Source: Thermodesulfobacteriota bacterium
Lineage (GTDB): Bacteria > Desulfobacterota > Desulfobacteria > Desulfobacterales > SURF-7
Direction of reading: 5' to 3'
Assembly: GCA_049320885.1 (NCBI GenBank)
Contig: JBMORA010000063.1
Location: 96,001-160,000 of the forward strand
Length of the DNA stretch: 64,000 nucleotides
The notes below the pieces were generated by a model that had not been told where the DNA came from, did not search any database, and saw only the letters and a list, made by a program, of their open reading frames with translations. Every line of letters begins with the position of its first letter. Within the stretch, counting starts at the first letter, position 1. Of the stretch, positions 17,204 to 27,091 are shown piece by piece. Both the position numbers and the translations under genes were made by a program.

Positions 17204-17264
17204 ATGTATCTCCTTTCCTTGCTGTGTTTTGTTAGTCTGTTCGTCTGCCCGGCTAGCATCCGCT

Positions 17265-18290
17265 TCAACCGGCCACCAGGGCTGCCTTTTTCTCGCGCAG
17301 TTCCTGAACCGCTCCCTGGAACATGATTTTCACGATGTAAAGGCAAATCACCGCAATGGTTCCGAGGATCAACACCGCCGCCGGTCCGTCGAATTTGAAC
17401 TCTTTGAGCACGATGGAGATCATGCAGCAGATCACCGCTATACCGAAAGCGATCCGGATGCCGTACCCCTTGGCGTATTTGGTGGCCACCGTGCCGATCT
17501 GCGCGCCGATGGCGGCGCCGGTCAGCATGACAAACACCGCGACAATCTCGATCCGGCCCTTCAGGGAATAGGTGAAGGCCCCATACAGACCGGAGATCAT
17601 GACTTCAAACAGGTCGGTGCCCACGGCGATATGCGTGGGGCAGCCGATCAGGTACACCAGGGAGGGCATGCGGATCAGACCCCCGCCGATGCCGAGAAAG
17701 CCGGCCAAGATGCCGGTGACAAAACTGACCCCGATGGGCAGCCAGGCCGAGCAGGTGAAACCGGCCGCCTTGAAATGCACCATGGGCGGGATCTTGATCT
17801 TGTGAAGGCTTTTGTACCAGGTGATGCCTTCGGCCCCGTGTTCGCCCACATCGCCGCTTTTCCTTTTCTGGGTGGCTTTGTAATAATCATAAAACACCAG
17901 GGAAGCGATCAGGGCCAGCAGGGCCACATAGACCCAGCGGACGACGCTGCCCACATTGCCGGCTTTTTCCAGGAACATGACGATCTGGGCGCCCACTTCG
18001 ATGCCGGCCATGGTTCCCACCACCATGACGATGCCCAGTTTGTAATCCACGTTGCCGAACTTGGAATGCCGCATGGTGGACACCATGGATTTCCCGGCGA
18101 TGTGGGCCATGTCCGTACCGATGGCGAAGGCCATGGGGAAACCGAGGATGTTCAACCCCGGCGTGACCATCCAGGCCCCGCCCATGCCGAAAAACCCGCC
18201 AATGGTGCCGACGGCGAAACCGATCAGCACCAGTCCCGGCCAAAAGATCTTCACTCCTGCAATCGGCATATACATAAACAAAAATTCCAT
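17265..18290 (-). CDS. TauE/SafE-family (TSUP) transporter, DVU0149-like
   Basis: GGFFGMGGAW..PG..G..AIGTD, second repeat GFLGIGGGLI..P..AVGTDL; many TM segments. Confidence 0.9.
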   Translation of the reverse strand: MEFLFMYMPIAGVKIFWPGLVLIGFAVGTIGGFFGMGGAWMVTPGLNILGFPMAFAIGTDMAHIAGKSMVSTMRHSKFGNVDYKLGIVMVVGTMAGIEVGAQIVMFLEKAGNVGSVVRWVYVALLALIASLVFYDYYKATQKRKSGDVGEHGAEGITWYKSLHKIKIPPMVHFKAAGFTCSAWLPIGVSFVTGILAGFLGIGGGLIRMPSLVYLIGCPTHIAVGTDLFEVMISGLYGAFTYSLKGRIEIVAVFVMLTGAAIGAQIGTVATKYAKGYGIRIAFGIAVICCMISIVLKEFKFDGPAAVLILGTIAVICLYIVKIMFQGAVQELREKKAALVAG

Positions 18291-18363
18291 ATTCTCTTCC
18301 TCCTTAGATTATATGCATTTCAAATGCGTTACCATGGCAGCGTTTTCACCGACGAACCCGGCG

Positions 18364-18675
18364 TCAATGCTCGATGATCTTCCGGCTCTTCAGATCCAGC
18401 CCGGTTCTGGACATGAGAAAATCCATCAGAAAGCCCAGAAAGGCCCCATAGCAAGCGGTCAGCACCGTGCACCAGATGGCGAACACCATGATGTTGTGGT
18501 TATAGGCATCGGCCATATACTTCATGAAGCTGCCGTAATACCCGCTGTCATCGATCACCCGGGTATCGGCCACCACCACCAGATTGCCGATTTTTTCACC
18601 GCCGGCCAATGCGATGGCCGGAGCCAGCAGACCGAGAACAACCCCCAGCACCACCATTGTCTTGAATAACCTCAT
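18364..18675 (-). CDS. DVU0150-family small membrane protein
   Basis: Signal peptide, LVVVADTR motif, a TM segment and C-terminal GLDLKSRKIIEH; family recognised from recall. Confidence 0.75.
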   Translation of the reverse strand: MRLFKTMVVLGVVLGLLAPAIALAGGEKIGNLVVVADTRVIDDSGYYGSFMKYMADAYNHNIMVFAIWCTVLTACYGAFLGFLMDFLMSRTGLDLKSRKIIEH

Positions 18676-18761
18676 ACCGTTTCCTCCTTTTCCTTGTAAG
18701 TTGCGGTTCACGAATATGGTATATTGCACAATTCTTGCTTCAAAGATTTGCAGCAATGATC

Positions 18762-18777
18762 TGCAAGCCGCATACCA
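18762..18777 (-). promoter_or_regulatory. Sigma-54 promoter of the DVU0150-like/tauE operon
   Basis: Minus strand TGGTATGCGGCTTGCA with exact GG-N10-GC spacing; divergent from a sigma-54 activator gene. Confidence 0.75.
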
Positions 18778-18896
18778 TTCGGCTGATCTGACCGGAAAAT
18801 AAAGCAGCCTGCAGGAGACAAAACGATTTCACCCTATCCGCTTCAACAACAGGAATACACATGACAATCCTCCAGAAATTCACGGAGGGGGAATTT

Positions 18897-21374
18897 ATGC
18901 CCCCCCAGGACGATCAAAGTGGATTCAGTTTGCGAATCAAGTTGTTGTGTGGATTGATCCCATCCGTGATGGTGATTTTGATGATCACCGGATATATCAC
19001 CTATCTGACATCCTCCCATTTTTTAAGCCAGGCCCTGGAGCGCAGCACCCGCCAGCAGGTGAAGGCCATGGCCCACGAACTGGAAAATGTTTTTACAAGG
19101 TGTCAGCAAGATTTACAGTTTATCGCGCAAACCGCAACCAAAGATGAAAAACTGCGCAACACCTTTGCCGGATTGATTCGTGCAACGGGACTGGATTATC
19201 GTGAAATCGCCTTCATCTCGCAAAACGATCAGGCCCATCTGGTCTGGGTGGCCAAGAACGGGGAGATCCTTCCGGTTCCCGCATCCAAGATAGCGGAAAT
19301 CCACCCCCACCCGTTCCTGCATCTGGAGCACCTTGCCGTATTAAAACAAAACCAGGTATGGATTTCGAAGGTGATGGAAGTGGACCATCCGTTTCAGACC
19401 CTGGAAAACCCGAATCAACGCCTGCGGTCCCAGGTGATCTATTTTGGCACCCCTTGCCTGGCCGAACCGGATGGGAAACCGGGATATTTGCTGCTGGCCC
19501 TGGACATCCGGTCCATCCGGAATATTCTATCGCTCTACAATTCATCCCGATCCCCCATCATGGCATTCACCCGCACGCCGGAGATCCGTTACGCCTATCT
19601 GTTTGATACGGACGGCTGGATCCTGTTCCAATCCGAGGGGATTGACAACAAGGAAATGGAACTGACCACGGACATGGTCCGGGCCTCTTACAGCAACGGC
19701 ATTCTCGGCAAACCCGGCCTGGCCGCCGCGTTTCGGCCTGGTCCGGATTACCGGGATTTCTGGAAAATGGTCAGCGACGTCAAAAAAGGCCGGCATGACC
19801 TCATGGAAATCACCGACGCCGGCAGTGACGGTTCTTTCGCCAGGGAAGCCTATCTCACGTATGCGCCTGTTTATTTCAACGGCGATGTGATCGCCGGTCT
19901 GGCCTATATGGATCGGACCCGGTTCACCCGCACCGCGGGATACAAGCATTTGGATATCATGCTGATTCTTTCACTGTCGACCATCGCCGCCGTCTCCCTG
20001 ATCATTTTCATTCTGGCCCACATGATCACCAAACCGATTTATCAGCTGGCCGAGGCGGTCAATCACATTCAAAAAGGGGATCGATTATGCCCCATCCGGA
20101 TTTCCTCCACGGATTATGAAGTCAATCTGCTCGTGAACGCCATCAACAACATGATCAATGCCCTGATCGCCCAGATGGCCGAAATCAAAGAAAAAGAGAT
20201 TCAAATCCAACATGTCGAATACAAGGAAAAAATTCAACTGGAAGCCGAATTCCCCAGCCGGACGAAACCAGGGGATGATCAGGAACTTCCGGAAATCGTC
20301 GGTTTCGGCGCCAAGATCGAGCAATTGAAATCGGACATACTGAAAGCGGCCGCCAGCGACGCGGATGTGCTGATCATCGGCGAGACCGGAACCGGAAAGC
20401 AGCTGGCCGCGGAAGCGATCCACCGGCACGGTTCGCGGGCCGCCCATTCCTTCATCTCCATCAATTGCGGCGAGCTGGGTGAAACCCTGCTGCTGGACGG
20501 CCTGTTCGGTCATGTCAAGGGTGCCTACACGGAAGCCAGAACGGATCGGAAAGGCGCGTTTCTGGAAGCCCATGGGGGCACCCTGTTCCTGGATGAGATC
20601 CAGAATGCCTCGCTGAATGTCCAGCAGGCCTTGCTGCGGGCCGTATCCATGCGTAAAATCAAACCCCTGGGTTCGGATAAGGAACTGGATGTGGATGTCC
20701 GCCTGATCTGCGCCACCAACGCGGATTTGAGTGTCCTGATGGACAGGCAGCTATTCAGGGCCGATCTGTATTTCCGACTGAAGGTCATCACGATTCACAC
20801 CCCGCCGCTCCGGGAACACAGGGAAAACATACCGGTGGTGGTGAATCATCTGTTGCGGCAACTGGAGGAATCGACCCAGAAGCCGGGGCTCGGCATCAGC
20901 AGGGGGGCCCTGGAAAAAATGCGGCAATACCATTGGCCGGGCAACATCCGGGAATTGAAGAATTGCCTGACGCGGGCAGCGGTGATGAGCGAGAGTCACC
21001 TCATTCAGGCCGATGACATCATCCTGGAGGAAAGAAGGCGCGCATTCGGCGGAACGGCTGCAACGACCGGCTCGAAACCATCCGGGAACAGGGACCCGGG
21101 TTTGCCGGAACCACCGCAACCGGACCGTTCGGCGGGGCATGTCCCGCTCTCCTCCGATCAGCCCCGTCGTCCGTTGCGGTTGAACAGCCGACAGGAAAAA
21201 GTGTTTCCTCACATCCTGTCCCGGAGAATCATCACCCGAAATGAATACCTCCGCTGGGTCGACGGCGATATTTCCCCGCGTACCGCTGTCTATGACCTGC
21301 AGGATCTGGTAAAAAAAGGGGTGTTGCGCAAGGACGGAAACGGACCGTCCACCCGATATATTCTAGTGGAATAA
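18897..21374 (+). CDS. Membrane-anchored sigma-54-dependent activator (TM, periplasmic Cache-like sensor, TM, HAMP, AAA+, winged HTH), DVU0151-like
   Basis: Two TM segments, HAMP, GETGTGKQ, LFGHVKGAYTEA, GTLFLDEI, FRADLYFRL, WPGNIRELKN, C-terminal SPRTAVYDLQDLVKKG. Confidence 0.88.
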   Translation: MPPQDDQSGFSLRIKLLCGLIPSVMVILMITGYITYLTSSHFLSQALERSTRQQVKAMAHELENVFTRCQQDLQFIAQTATKDEKLRNTFAGLIRATGLDYREIAFISQNDQAHLVWVAKNGEILPVPASKIAEIHPHPFLHLEHLAVLKQNQVWISKVMEVDHPFQTLENPNQRLRSQVIYFGTPCLAEPDGKPGYLLLALDIRSIRNILSLYNSSRSPIMAFTRTPEIRYAYLFDTDGWILFQSEGIDNKEMELTTDMVRASYSNGILGKPGLAAAFRPGPDYRDFWKMVSDVKKGRHDLMEITDAGSDGSFAREAYLTYAPVYFNGDVIAGLAYMDRTRFTRTAGYKHLDIMLILSLSTIAAVSLIIFILAHMITKPIYQLAEAVNHIQKGDRLCPIRISSTDYEVNLLVNAINNMINALIAQMAEIKEKEIQIQHVEYKEKIQLEAEFPSRTKPGDDQELPEIVGFGAKIEQLKSDILKAAASDADVLIIGETGTGKQLAAEAIHRHGSRAAHSFISINCGELGETLLLDGLFGHVKGAYTEARTDRKGAFLEAHGGTLFLDEIQNASLNVQQALLRAVSMRKIKPLGSDKELDVDVRLICATNADLSVLMDRQLFRADLYFRLKVITIHTPPLREHRENIPVVVNHLLRQLEESTQKPGLGISRGALEKMRQYHWPGNIRELKNCLTRAAVMSESHLIQADDIILEERRRAFGGTAATTGSKPSGNRDPGLPEPPQPDRSAGHVPLSSDQPRRPLRLNSRQEKVFPHILSRRIITRNEYLRWVDGDISPRTAVYDLQDLVKKGVLRKDGNGPSTRYILVE

Positions 21375-21447
21375 GGATGGGGAAAAACGCAACGTGGAAA
21401 GTTGAACCTGTGGAACGAACAACCCGAAACGGAAAGAGAAATACACC

Positions 21448-24030
21448 ATGTTCAAACGACTTCACGGCATCCTGAGGAATCGGTCCCGGAAACAACCCGC
21501 CCCAGGCGAAATCATGACGGTTTTCCGGAAAAAATACGCCAATTTCAAATCCCTCCTGGAATCCAACGCCGATCTGCTGAAAACGATTTCCGGCATGGAG
21601 GAAAAGCTCACCGGCCAGCAGGTGTTCGGCATGTCGTATATCCGCTCGGAAACCGCCCGCATCGTCTTCCACACCGCGCGAATGATAACCAGTTTCGAGG
21701 CATTGAGCGGCCGGCCCTATCCGGCGCTGACAGCCACGCTGAACCGGATCCAGTCCGTCATCCATCAGGAACTGGAACTGAAAAAAGCCCAACGGGTTCC
21801 GGAACTGGTGTTGCCCTTCACCCGCATCAACCGCACCATGGCGGATGTTGTCGGCGGCAAGAACGCCAACCTGGGCGAGATCAAAAGCAGCGTACAAATT
21901 CCCATTCCCAGGGGGTTCGCCATCACCACCACGGCCTTTGACCGGTTGATCGAGCATAATGATCTCATGGATGAAATCCGCAAACAGAAAATGGAGCTGG
22001 ACCCGGGTGATCCCGAATCCATTCTGCGGACCAGTGACAATATCCGCCGGATGTTCCTGGAAGCGGAAATACCCCCGGCCCTGGAAAAGGAAATATGGAG
22101 CGCCTACACCGAGGAAATCAGCCCGGAGGGAGCCGTCAGCGTCGCCATGCGCAGCAGCGCCGTGGGAGAAGACAGCGCCTTGTCCTTCGCCGGACAGTAT
22201 CAGAGTTTTTTGAATGTTCCCAAGGACCGGATTCTCTTGAAATACAAGGAAGTCCTGGCCGGTCTTTTTACTCCCCGGGCCATATCCTACCGGTTGCATA
22301 TGGGGATTTCCTTCGAGGATGCGGCCATGAGCGTGACCTGTCTGGAAATGATACCGGCAAAAGCCGCCGGCGTCATGTATACCCGCCATCCCTTCGAAAC
22401 CTGGAAGGACTACATCATCATCAACGCCATGTGGGGTCTCGGAATAACCGTGGTGGAAGGAACCGCCTCGCCGGATGTCTATAAACTCTCCAAGACTTCC
22501 AAGCCGGAATTGCTGGAATCCCGGATTGCCGACAAACCCGTCTGTCTCATGTCGGATCCGGAAGGGGAAGTGGTGGAACAGGAGGTGATTCGGGAACTTC
22601 AGCAATTGCCCTGCCTCACCGCCGAACAGGCCATGACCCTGGCCGCCTATGGAATGCAATTGGAACAGCATTTCCATGCCCCCCAGGATGTCGAATGGGT
22701 ACTGGATCAAAACGGGAATATTCTCATTCTTCAAACCCGGCCGTTGACCATGGAGGCCAAAGCCGGACTGCCCATGCCCATGTCGACGCCGCTGTTTGAA
22801 GATCATCCCCTGCTGCTGGAAGACGGCGTCATCGCCTGCCCGGGAGTCGGCTGCGGACCGGCCCATATCGTCCGTTCGGATGACGACCTGTTGTCTTTCC
22901 CCGACGGCGGGGTTCTGGTGGCGGCCCACTCCTCGCCCCAGTATGTGATGGTCATGGAAAAAGCCCAGGCCATCGTCACCAACGCCGGCAGCGTCACCGG
23001 CCATATGGCGTCCCTGGCCAGGGAATTCAAGGTCCCGGCGGTCCTCAACACCCGGACGGCCACCACGGCGATTTCCCAGGGGGAGATCATCACCGTGGAC
23101 GCCTACGGCGGCCGGATTTACTCCGGCAGGGTGGAGGCGCTGCTGCAAATCCAACGGCCCAAAACATCCTATATGAAAGACACCCCCGTTTACCAGACCC
23201 TGGAAACCCTGTCCCGGGAAATTATTCCCCTGAACCTCACCAATCCCAAGAGCCGCCGCTTCACCGCCGACAATTGCCGGACCATCCACGACATCATGCG
23301 CTTTACCCACGAATTGTCCTACACGGAAATATTCCAGCTGGGCGATTTCACCGCGGATCACGGCAGGATCGCGGTCCGCCTGGATGTGCCGCTGCCCATT
23401 GATCTGCATATCATCGATCTGGGAGGCGGGCTGGAGGCCGTGAAACGATCCAGAATCAAACCGTCCCAGGTGATCTCCAGGCCCTTCAAGGCCCTGCTGG
23501 GAGGCATGCTGCATCCGGAGCTGAAGCCGCTTGAACCGCGGCCGATCCATATCAAGGGGTTTTTGTCGGTTCTGAGCGAGCAGATGCTGACTCCGCCCCG
23601 CCCGCTCCAGGATCGCTTCGGCGACCGCAGCTACGCCATTCTGTCGGACAAATATCTGAACTTCAGCTCACGGGTGGGGTATCACTTCAGCATACTGGAT
23701 ACCTATTGCGGGCAGACCGCCATGAAGAACTACATCAATTTCCAGTTCAAGGGGGGCGCGGCGGATGACTCCCGGAGGAACCGCCGGGCCCGCCTGATCC
23801 GGAATATCCTGGAAGCCAGGGGATTCCTGGTGGAGGTTCAGGGGGACAGGGTCAGCGCCCGATTTGCCAAACAGGAGCCGGAAGTCATGACGGAAAAACT
23901 CGATCTGCTGGGCAGGCTCCTGATTTTCACACGACAGATGGACATGCTCATGGACAATGAGACGATCCTCGACCGGTTGACCCAATCGTTTTTGAACAAC
24001 CGCTATGACCTGAGCGCGCTTAAGGACTAG
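21448..24030 (+). CDS. PEP-synthase-like ATP-grasp plus phospho-His dikinase (DVU0152-like), with no canonical pyruvate-binding domain
   Basis: VGGKNANLGE, RSSAVGED..SFAGQY, PQDVEW, LQTRP, GSVTGHMASLAREF; distinctive C-terminus RVGYHFS..FKGGAAD..TRQMDMLM. Confidence 0.88.
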   Translation: MFKRLHGILRNRSRKQPAPGEIMTVFRKKYANFKSLLESNADLLKTISGMEEKLTGQQVFGMSYIRSETARIVFHTARMITSFEALSGRPYPALTATLNRIQSVIHQELELKKAQRVPELVLPFTRINRTMADVVGGKNANLGEIKSSVQIPIPRGFAITTTAFDRLIEHNDLMDEIRKQKMELDPGDPESILRTSDNIRRMFLEAEIPPALEKEIWSAYTEEISPEGAVSVAMRSSAVGEDSALSFAGQYQSFLNVPKDRILLKYKEVLAGLFTPRAISYRLHMGISFEDAAMSVTCLEMIPAKAAGVMYTRHPFETWKDYIIINAMWGLGITVVEGTASPDVYKLSKTSKPELLESRIADKPVCLMSDPEGEVVEQEVIRELQQLPCLTAEQAMTLAAYGMQLEQHFHAPQDVEWVLDQNGNILILQTRPLTMEAKAGLPMPMSTPLFEDHPLLLEDGVIACPGVGCGPAHIVRSDDDLLSFPDGGVLVAAHSSPQYVMVMEKAQAIVTNAGSVTGHMASLAREFKVPAVLNTRTATTAISQGEIITVDAYGGRIYSGRVEALLQIQRPKTSYMKDTPVYQTLETLSREIIPLNLTNPKSRRFTADNCRTIHDIMRFTHELSYTEIFQLGDFTADHGRIAVRLDVPLPIDLHIIDLGGGLEAVKRSRIKPSQVISRPFKALLGGMLHPELKPLEPRPIHIKGFLSVLSEQMLTPPRPLQDRFGDRSYAILSDKYLNFSSRVGYHFSILDTYCGQTAMKNYINFQFKGGAADDSRRNRRARLIRNILEARGFLVEVQGDRVSARFAKQEPEVMTEKLDLLGRLLIFTRQMDMLMDNETILDRLTQSFLNNRYDLSALKD

Positions 24031-24051
24031 TAACCGGGGCCCCAATACCCC

Positions 24052-24444
24052 TCACCTGCATTTGGCCTTTTCCTGACCGCACTCGAAGGCCAGGGAAATT
24101 TTCAGCAGCAGCTCCTCGATATCGCAGGGTTTCATCAAATAATCGTATGCGCCGAGTTTCACCGCTTCCAGGGCCACCCCCATGGACGCATGCCCGGACA
24201 GGATGATCACCTCCGACGGCAGTTTCTTTTCTTTCATCCATTTCAGCAGTTCGATCCCGCCGATACCGGGCATTTTAATATCGAGCACCACCACATCATA
24301 GGGGGTTTTCACCAATTCCGCCATGGCCGTTTCCCCGCTGGATACGGTCATGACGGGTATTTTCCGCAGGGTGAGCACCTTCATCATGGATCGGCAGAAG
24401 ATTTCCTCATCGTCGACAATCAGCACGCGTGGAGTTTCAGGCAT
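24052..24444 (-). CDS. Stand-alone response regulator receiver
   Basis: VLIVDDE, VLDIKMP, LSGH, YLMKP; no output domain. Confidence 0.88.
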   Translation of the reverse strand: MPETPRVLIVDDEEIFCRSMMKVLTLRKIPVMTVSSGETAMAELVKTPYDVVVLDIKMPGIGGIELLKWMKEKKLPSEVIILSGHASMGVALEAVKLGAYDYLMKPCDIEELLLKISLAFECGQEKAKCR

Positions 24445-24463
24445 GTTCACTCTCTTTTCTGGT

Positions 24464-25213
24464 CTATGGCTGCTCTTCCCGGGCGCCGAGCGCCACCTTT
24501 TCTTCCCGGTCCGCCGGGTACCCCACGGACTGGGCCAGCACAATGCGCTGGTCCGGTCTGAGTTTCAACAGTTCCGCCAGCGCTTCCCGGTTTACCAATC
24601 CGCGCACCACGGTGGACAGGCCTTCCGAAGCGCAATAGAGATATACATTCTGGCTGATGAAGCCCACCGCCGTATCGGAAAACATATCGCGTTCCGCGGT
24701 GTTCAATACCTTGCCCATCATGCCGGTCCGGGCCGCGTCCACCACGTATACCAGATTGACCGGTGCTTTCTTGACGAAGGGCTGGATCATGGTCCCGGTT
24801 TCGCTCCGGTGGTCGCCCGCCACCACCGGCTGGAGGGTATTTTCCTTGGCGTCATACAGATATCCCCCCTGTTCCGTGAAGACATAGATATCCGTCTCCT
24901 GCCAGTTCAGGGCCGAGGGCGCCGTCCGTCTGCCGGATTCCGGACGGTTGATGCCGAAAGCGGCCCACAGCAGGTCGGACAACACCTGTTCCGGCAGTTG
25001 CTCGGGACTGAAATCCCGGCCGGACCTCCGGTCCCGCAGGGCCTCCATCAGGGGTTTCCCTCCGGTGGTCCGGGGTTCCGGCAACCGGATCTGTTCCAGG
25101 GTTCCATCGGCGAGCAAAGCCTGTTTGGAGCCTCCGCATCCCGATATTCCCCCTGTCAGCAGGAACCCCATGAGAACCAAGGGAACCGCCCATTTTCCAT
25201 ATCCTCTATTCAT
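24464..25213 (-). CDS. SagB/ThcOx-type nitroreductase-family protein, probable lipoprotein
   Basis: RRSGRDF, LLWAAFGINR..RRTAPSA, QNVYLYCASEGL, QSVGYP; lipobox ISGC. Confidence 0.85.
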   Translation of the reverse strand: MNRGYGKWAVPLVLMGFLLTGGISGCGGSKQALLADGTLEQIRLPEPRTTGGKPLMEALRDRRSGRDFSPEQLPEQVLSDLLWAAFGINRPESGRRTAPSALNWQETDIYVFTEQGGYLYDAKENTLQPVVAGDHRSETGTMIQPFVKKAPVNLVYVVDAARTGMMGKVLNTAERDMFSDTAVGFISQNVYLYCASEGLSTVVRGLVNREALAELLKLRPDQRIVLAQSVGYPADREEKVALGAREEQP

Positions 25214-25288
25214 GATGCTTCTCCTTTTATCATAGCCACCAGGCTGGTTGCCGTTCCTGTTGCTGTCGTCCGCGCTGACCCCGCACCG

Positions 25289-25975
25289 CTATTTCACCAC
25301 CGGATATTGTTTCCGGGACCAGTCCACTATGCCCTGCCGCATGTTGGAGACGTCCTGAAAGCCTTTATCGATCAATATTTTTGCCGCAACGGTGCTGCGG
25401 TTTCCCGTGGCGCAATAAATCAAGACCGGCTTGTCCTTGTGAGCGGACAGCTCCGTGTGGCGCGCCTCCAGCTGATTCAGGGGAATATGGACGGAATCCG
25501 GCAAATGCCCCAGCGCGTATTCCGGCGGGGTCCTGACATCCAGAACCAGCGGACGGGAGGTCTTGATGAATTCGGCGGCCTGCTCTGCGGACACTTCCCG
25601 GTAATGCGTTTCCTGATAGGGAATGACGGTCAAGGCCCCCTTGACCGGTCCGAGAGTGAAACCGAAGGTGCCCGTCTCGGTCATTTTAAAATACGGGGCC
25701 GCGTTGGCATCAGCGGGCAGCACCTGCCGTATGGAAAGCCCGGGGATGGAAAGCAGCGGGGTTCCCAGGGAAGGATCGAACTGAAATTGGATATAATCCC
25801 CCCGGTATACCGTCAACTCGACGTCCCTGTCCACCGGCTGGATGGGAATCACCCGCAGGCCGTCCTTCAGGAAACCGGAAACCACAGGCGCGGATTCCGG
25901 AAGCTCCTTGGCGCAGGCCGGCAAACCGAAAGTCAACAGCGCCAGAATGGATATGAAATACAGAATTTGTTTCAT
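25289..25975 (-). CDS. Exported rhodanese-domain protein
   Basis: Signal/lipobox LPAC; LDVRTPPEY..GHLP, active-site loop YCATGNRS. Confidence 0.85.
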   Translation of the reverse strand: MKQILYFISILALLTFGLPACAKELPESAPVVSGFLKDGLRVIPIQPVDRDVELTVYRGDYIQFQFDPSLGTPLLSIPGLSIRQVLPADANAAPYFKMTETGTFGFTLGPVKGALTVIPYQETHYREVSAEQAAEFIKTSRPLVLDVRTPPEYALGHLPDSVHIPLNQLEARHTELSAHKDKPVLIYCATGNRSTVAAKILIDKGFQDVSNMRQGIVDWSRKQYPVVK

Positions 25976-26237
25976 GTTTCCATGCCTCATTACATGTCCG
26001 ATTTGGAGTTCTAATCCCAAATCGGGATATATAACAGGAGGTAGCCAGATGGTCAAACAGCGGAAACAGATTATCAGGAAAAACCGTTCCGGTAAAGATG
26101 TTAAAGACAATCTTTCGAGGGGAGCCAGGGGGGACGTAACCTAATTTGCGCACACGGCAGGGTAGATTCTCCCCCGGGATGAATCATCGACGGCCAGTAA
26201 TCGTCAATTTATTCGCCTTTGGTTTCAAGCCCTCGAT

Positions 26238-27074
26238 TCAATACTGACTCACCCTGGCAACCAAATCCGCCATAACGAACGGCTTTTGAAGAAAGGCTTG
26301 ATACTGCTGCCCGGTGTGGTTATCCTTTCTGACGGTTCCCTCGTCGTAGCCGCTGGAAAGAATCACCGCGATACCGGCGGAAAGCTCGCGCAAGGCAGCC
26401 AACGGTGATAACCAATTGAAATATAAATTGGTTTCAATTTGCCGGCGGCTTGCCCAGGACAAGTCAGCATCAGTCCGCTCAACTCCGCGGCCCTTTTGGC
26501 CGCCTTCATGGCTTCGGACAGATTTCCGCCTGCGGCGGCATTTATCGGCTGGTCGTCCATGGCCAGCTCCAGGTTTCCCATCACCACCCCAAGCAGGTTA
26601 TTGAAATGATGGGCGATGGATCCGGCCATGCGATCAAGGCTTTTGGCCTTTAAAAGCCGCCGCTGCCGCTCCAATTGCCGGCCTTCCTCTTCCAGCCTTT
26701 TTCTTTCAGTCAGATCGGTGTTTGTCCCGGAAATGCGCACGGCTTTGTCATTCGCATCGCGCAGAATGAAACCGCGGGTGAGGATCGGCACATAATGGCC
26801 GTTTTTATGCAACAATGCAGTTTTGGCCGATGTACTGAAAAATATCCTTCGGGATTCCAGAAAATCCATCGACCATCATGCCTTCGTGCTGACCGGATGC
26901 ATCCGTAAATTCAAATGGCGGGTACCGTGTCTGACTGACAAAGATGATCGTTTCTTTTTTTCGCAGGTATTCGGTTTCCTCGATTGATAACTGGATTGCG
27001 TGGAGATCGGATATGAAAGACGATAAAATCACGAAGCAAAGACTCGCGATGACAACACGCGATTTTCGAATCAT
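26238..27074 (-). pseudogene. Internally deleted, frameshifted remnant of a hybrid sensor kinase (periplasmic binding domain, PAS, HisKA, REC)
   Basis: Three short ORFs in different frames carry, in order, a signal peptide plus binding-domain start (LSIEETEYL..YPPFEF..G), a PAC plus H-box (SIAHHFNNLL), and a receiver C-terminus (ILSSGY..FLQKPF). HATPase is absent. Confidence 0.75.
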
Positions 27075-27091
27075 GGAGATATCCCCTTTTA

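Noticed and set aside
18724..18739. Plus-strand sigma-54-like site TTGCACAATTCTTGCT upstream of the bEBP
   Set aside because: Lacks the invariant GG at -24; the minus-strand site fits better.
21448..24030. Canonical PEP synthase ppsA
   Set aside because: The C-terminal pyruvate-binding barrel motifs are absent.
24464..25213. RiPP (azole) biosynthesis inferred from the SagB-like gene
   Set aside because: No YcaO, precursor peptide or transporter nearby; stand-alone nitroreductases of this type are common.
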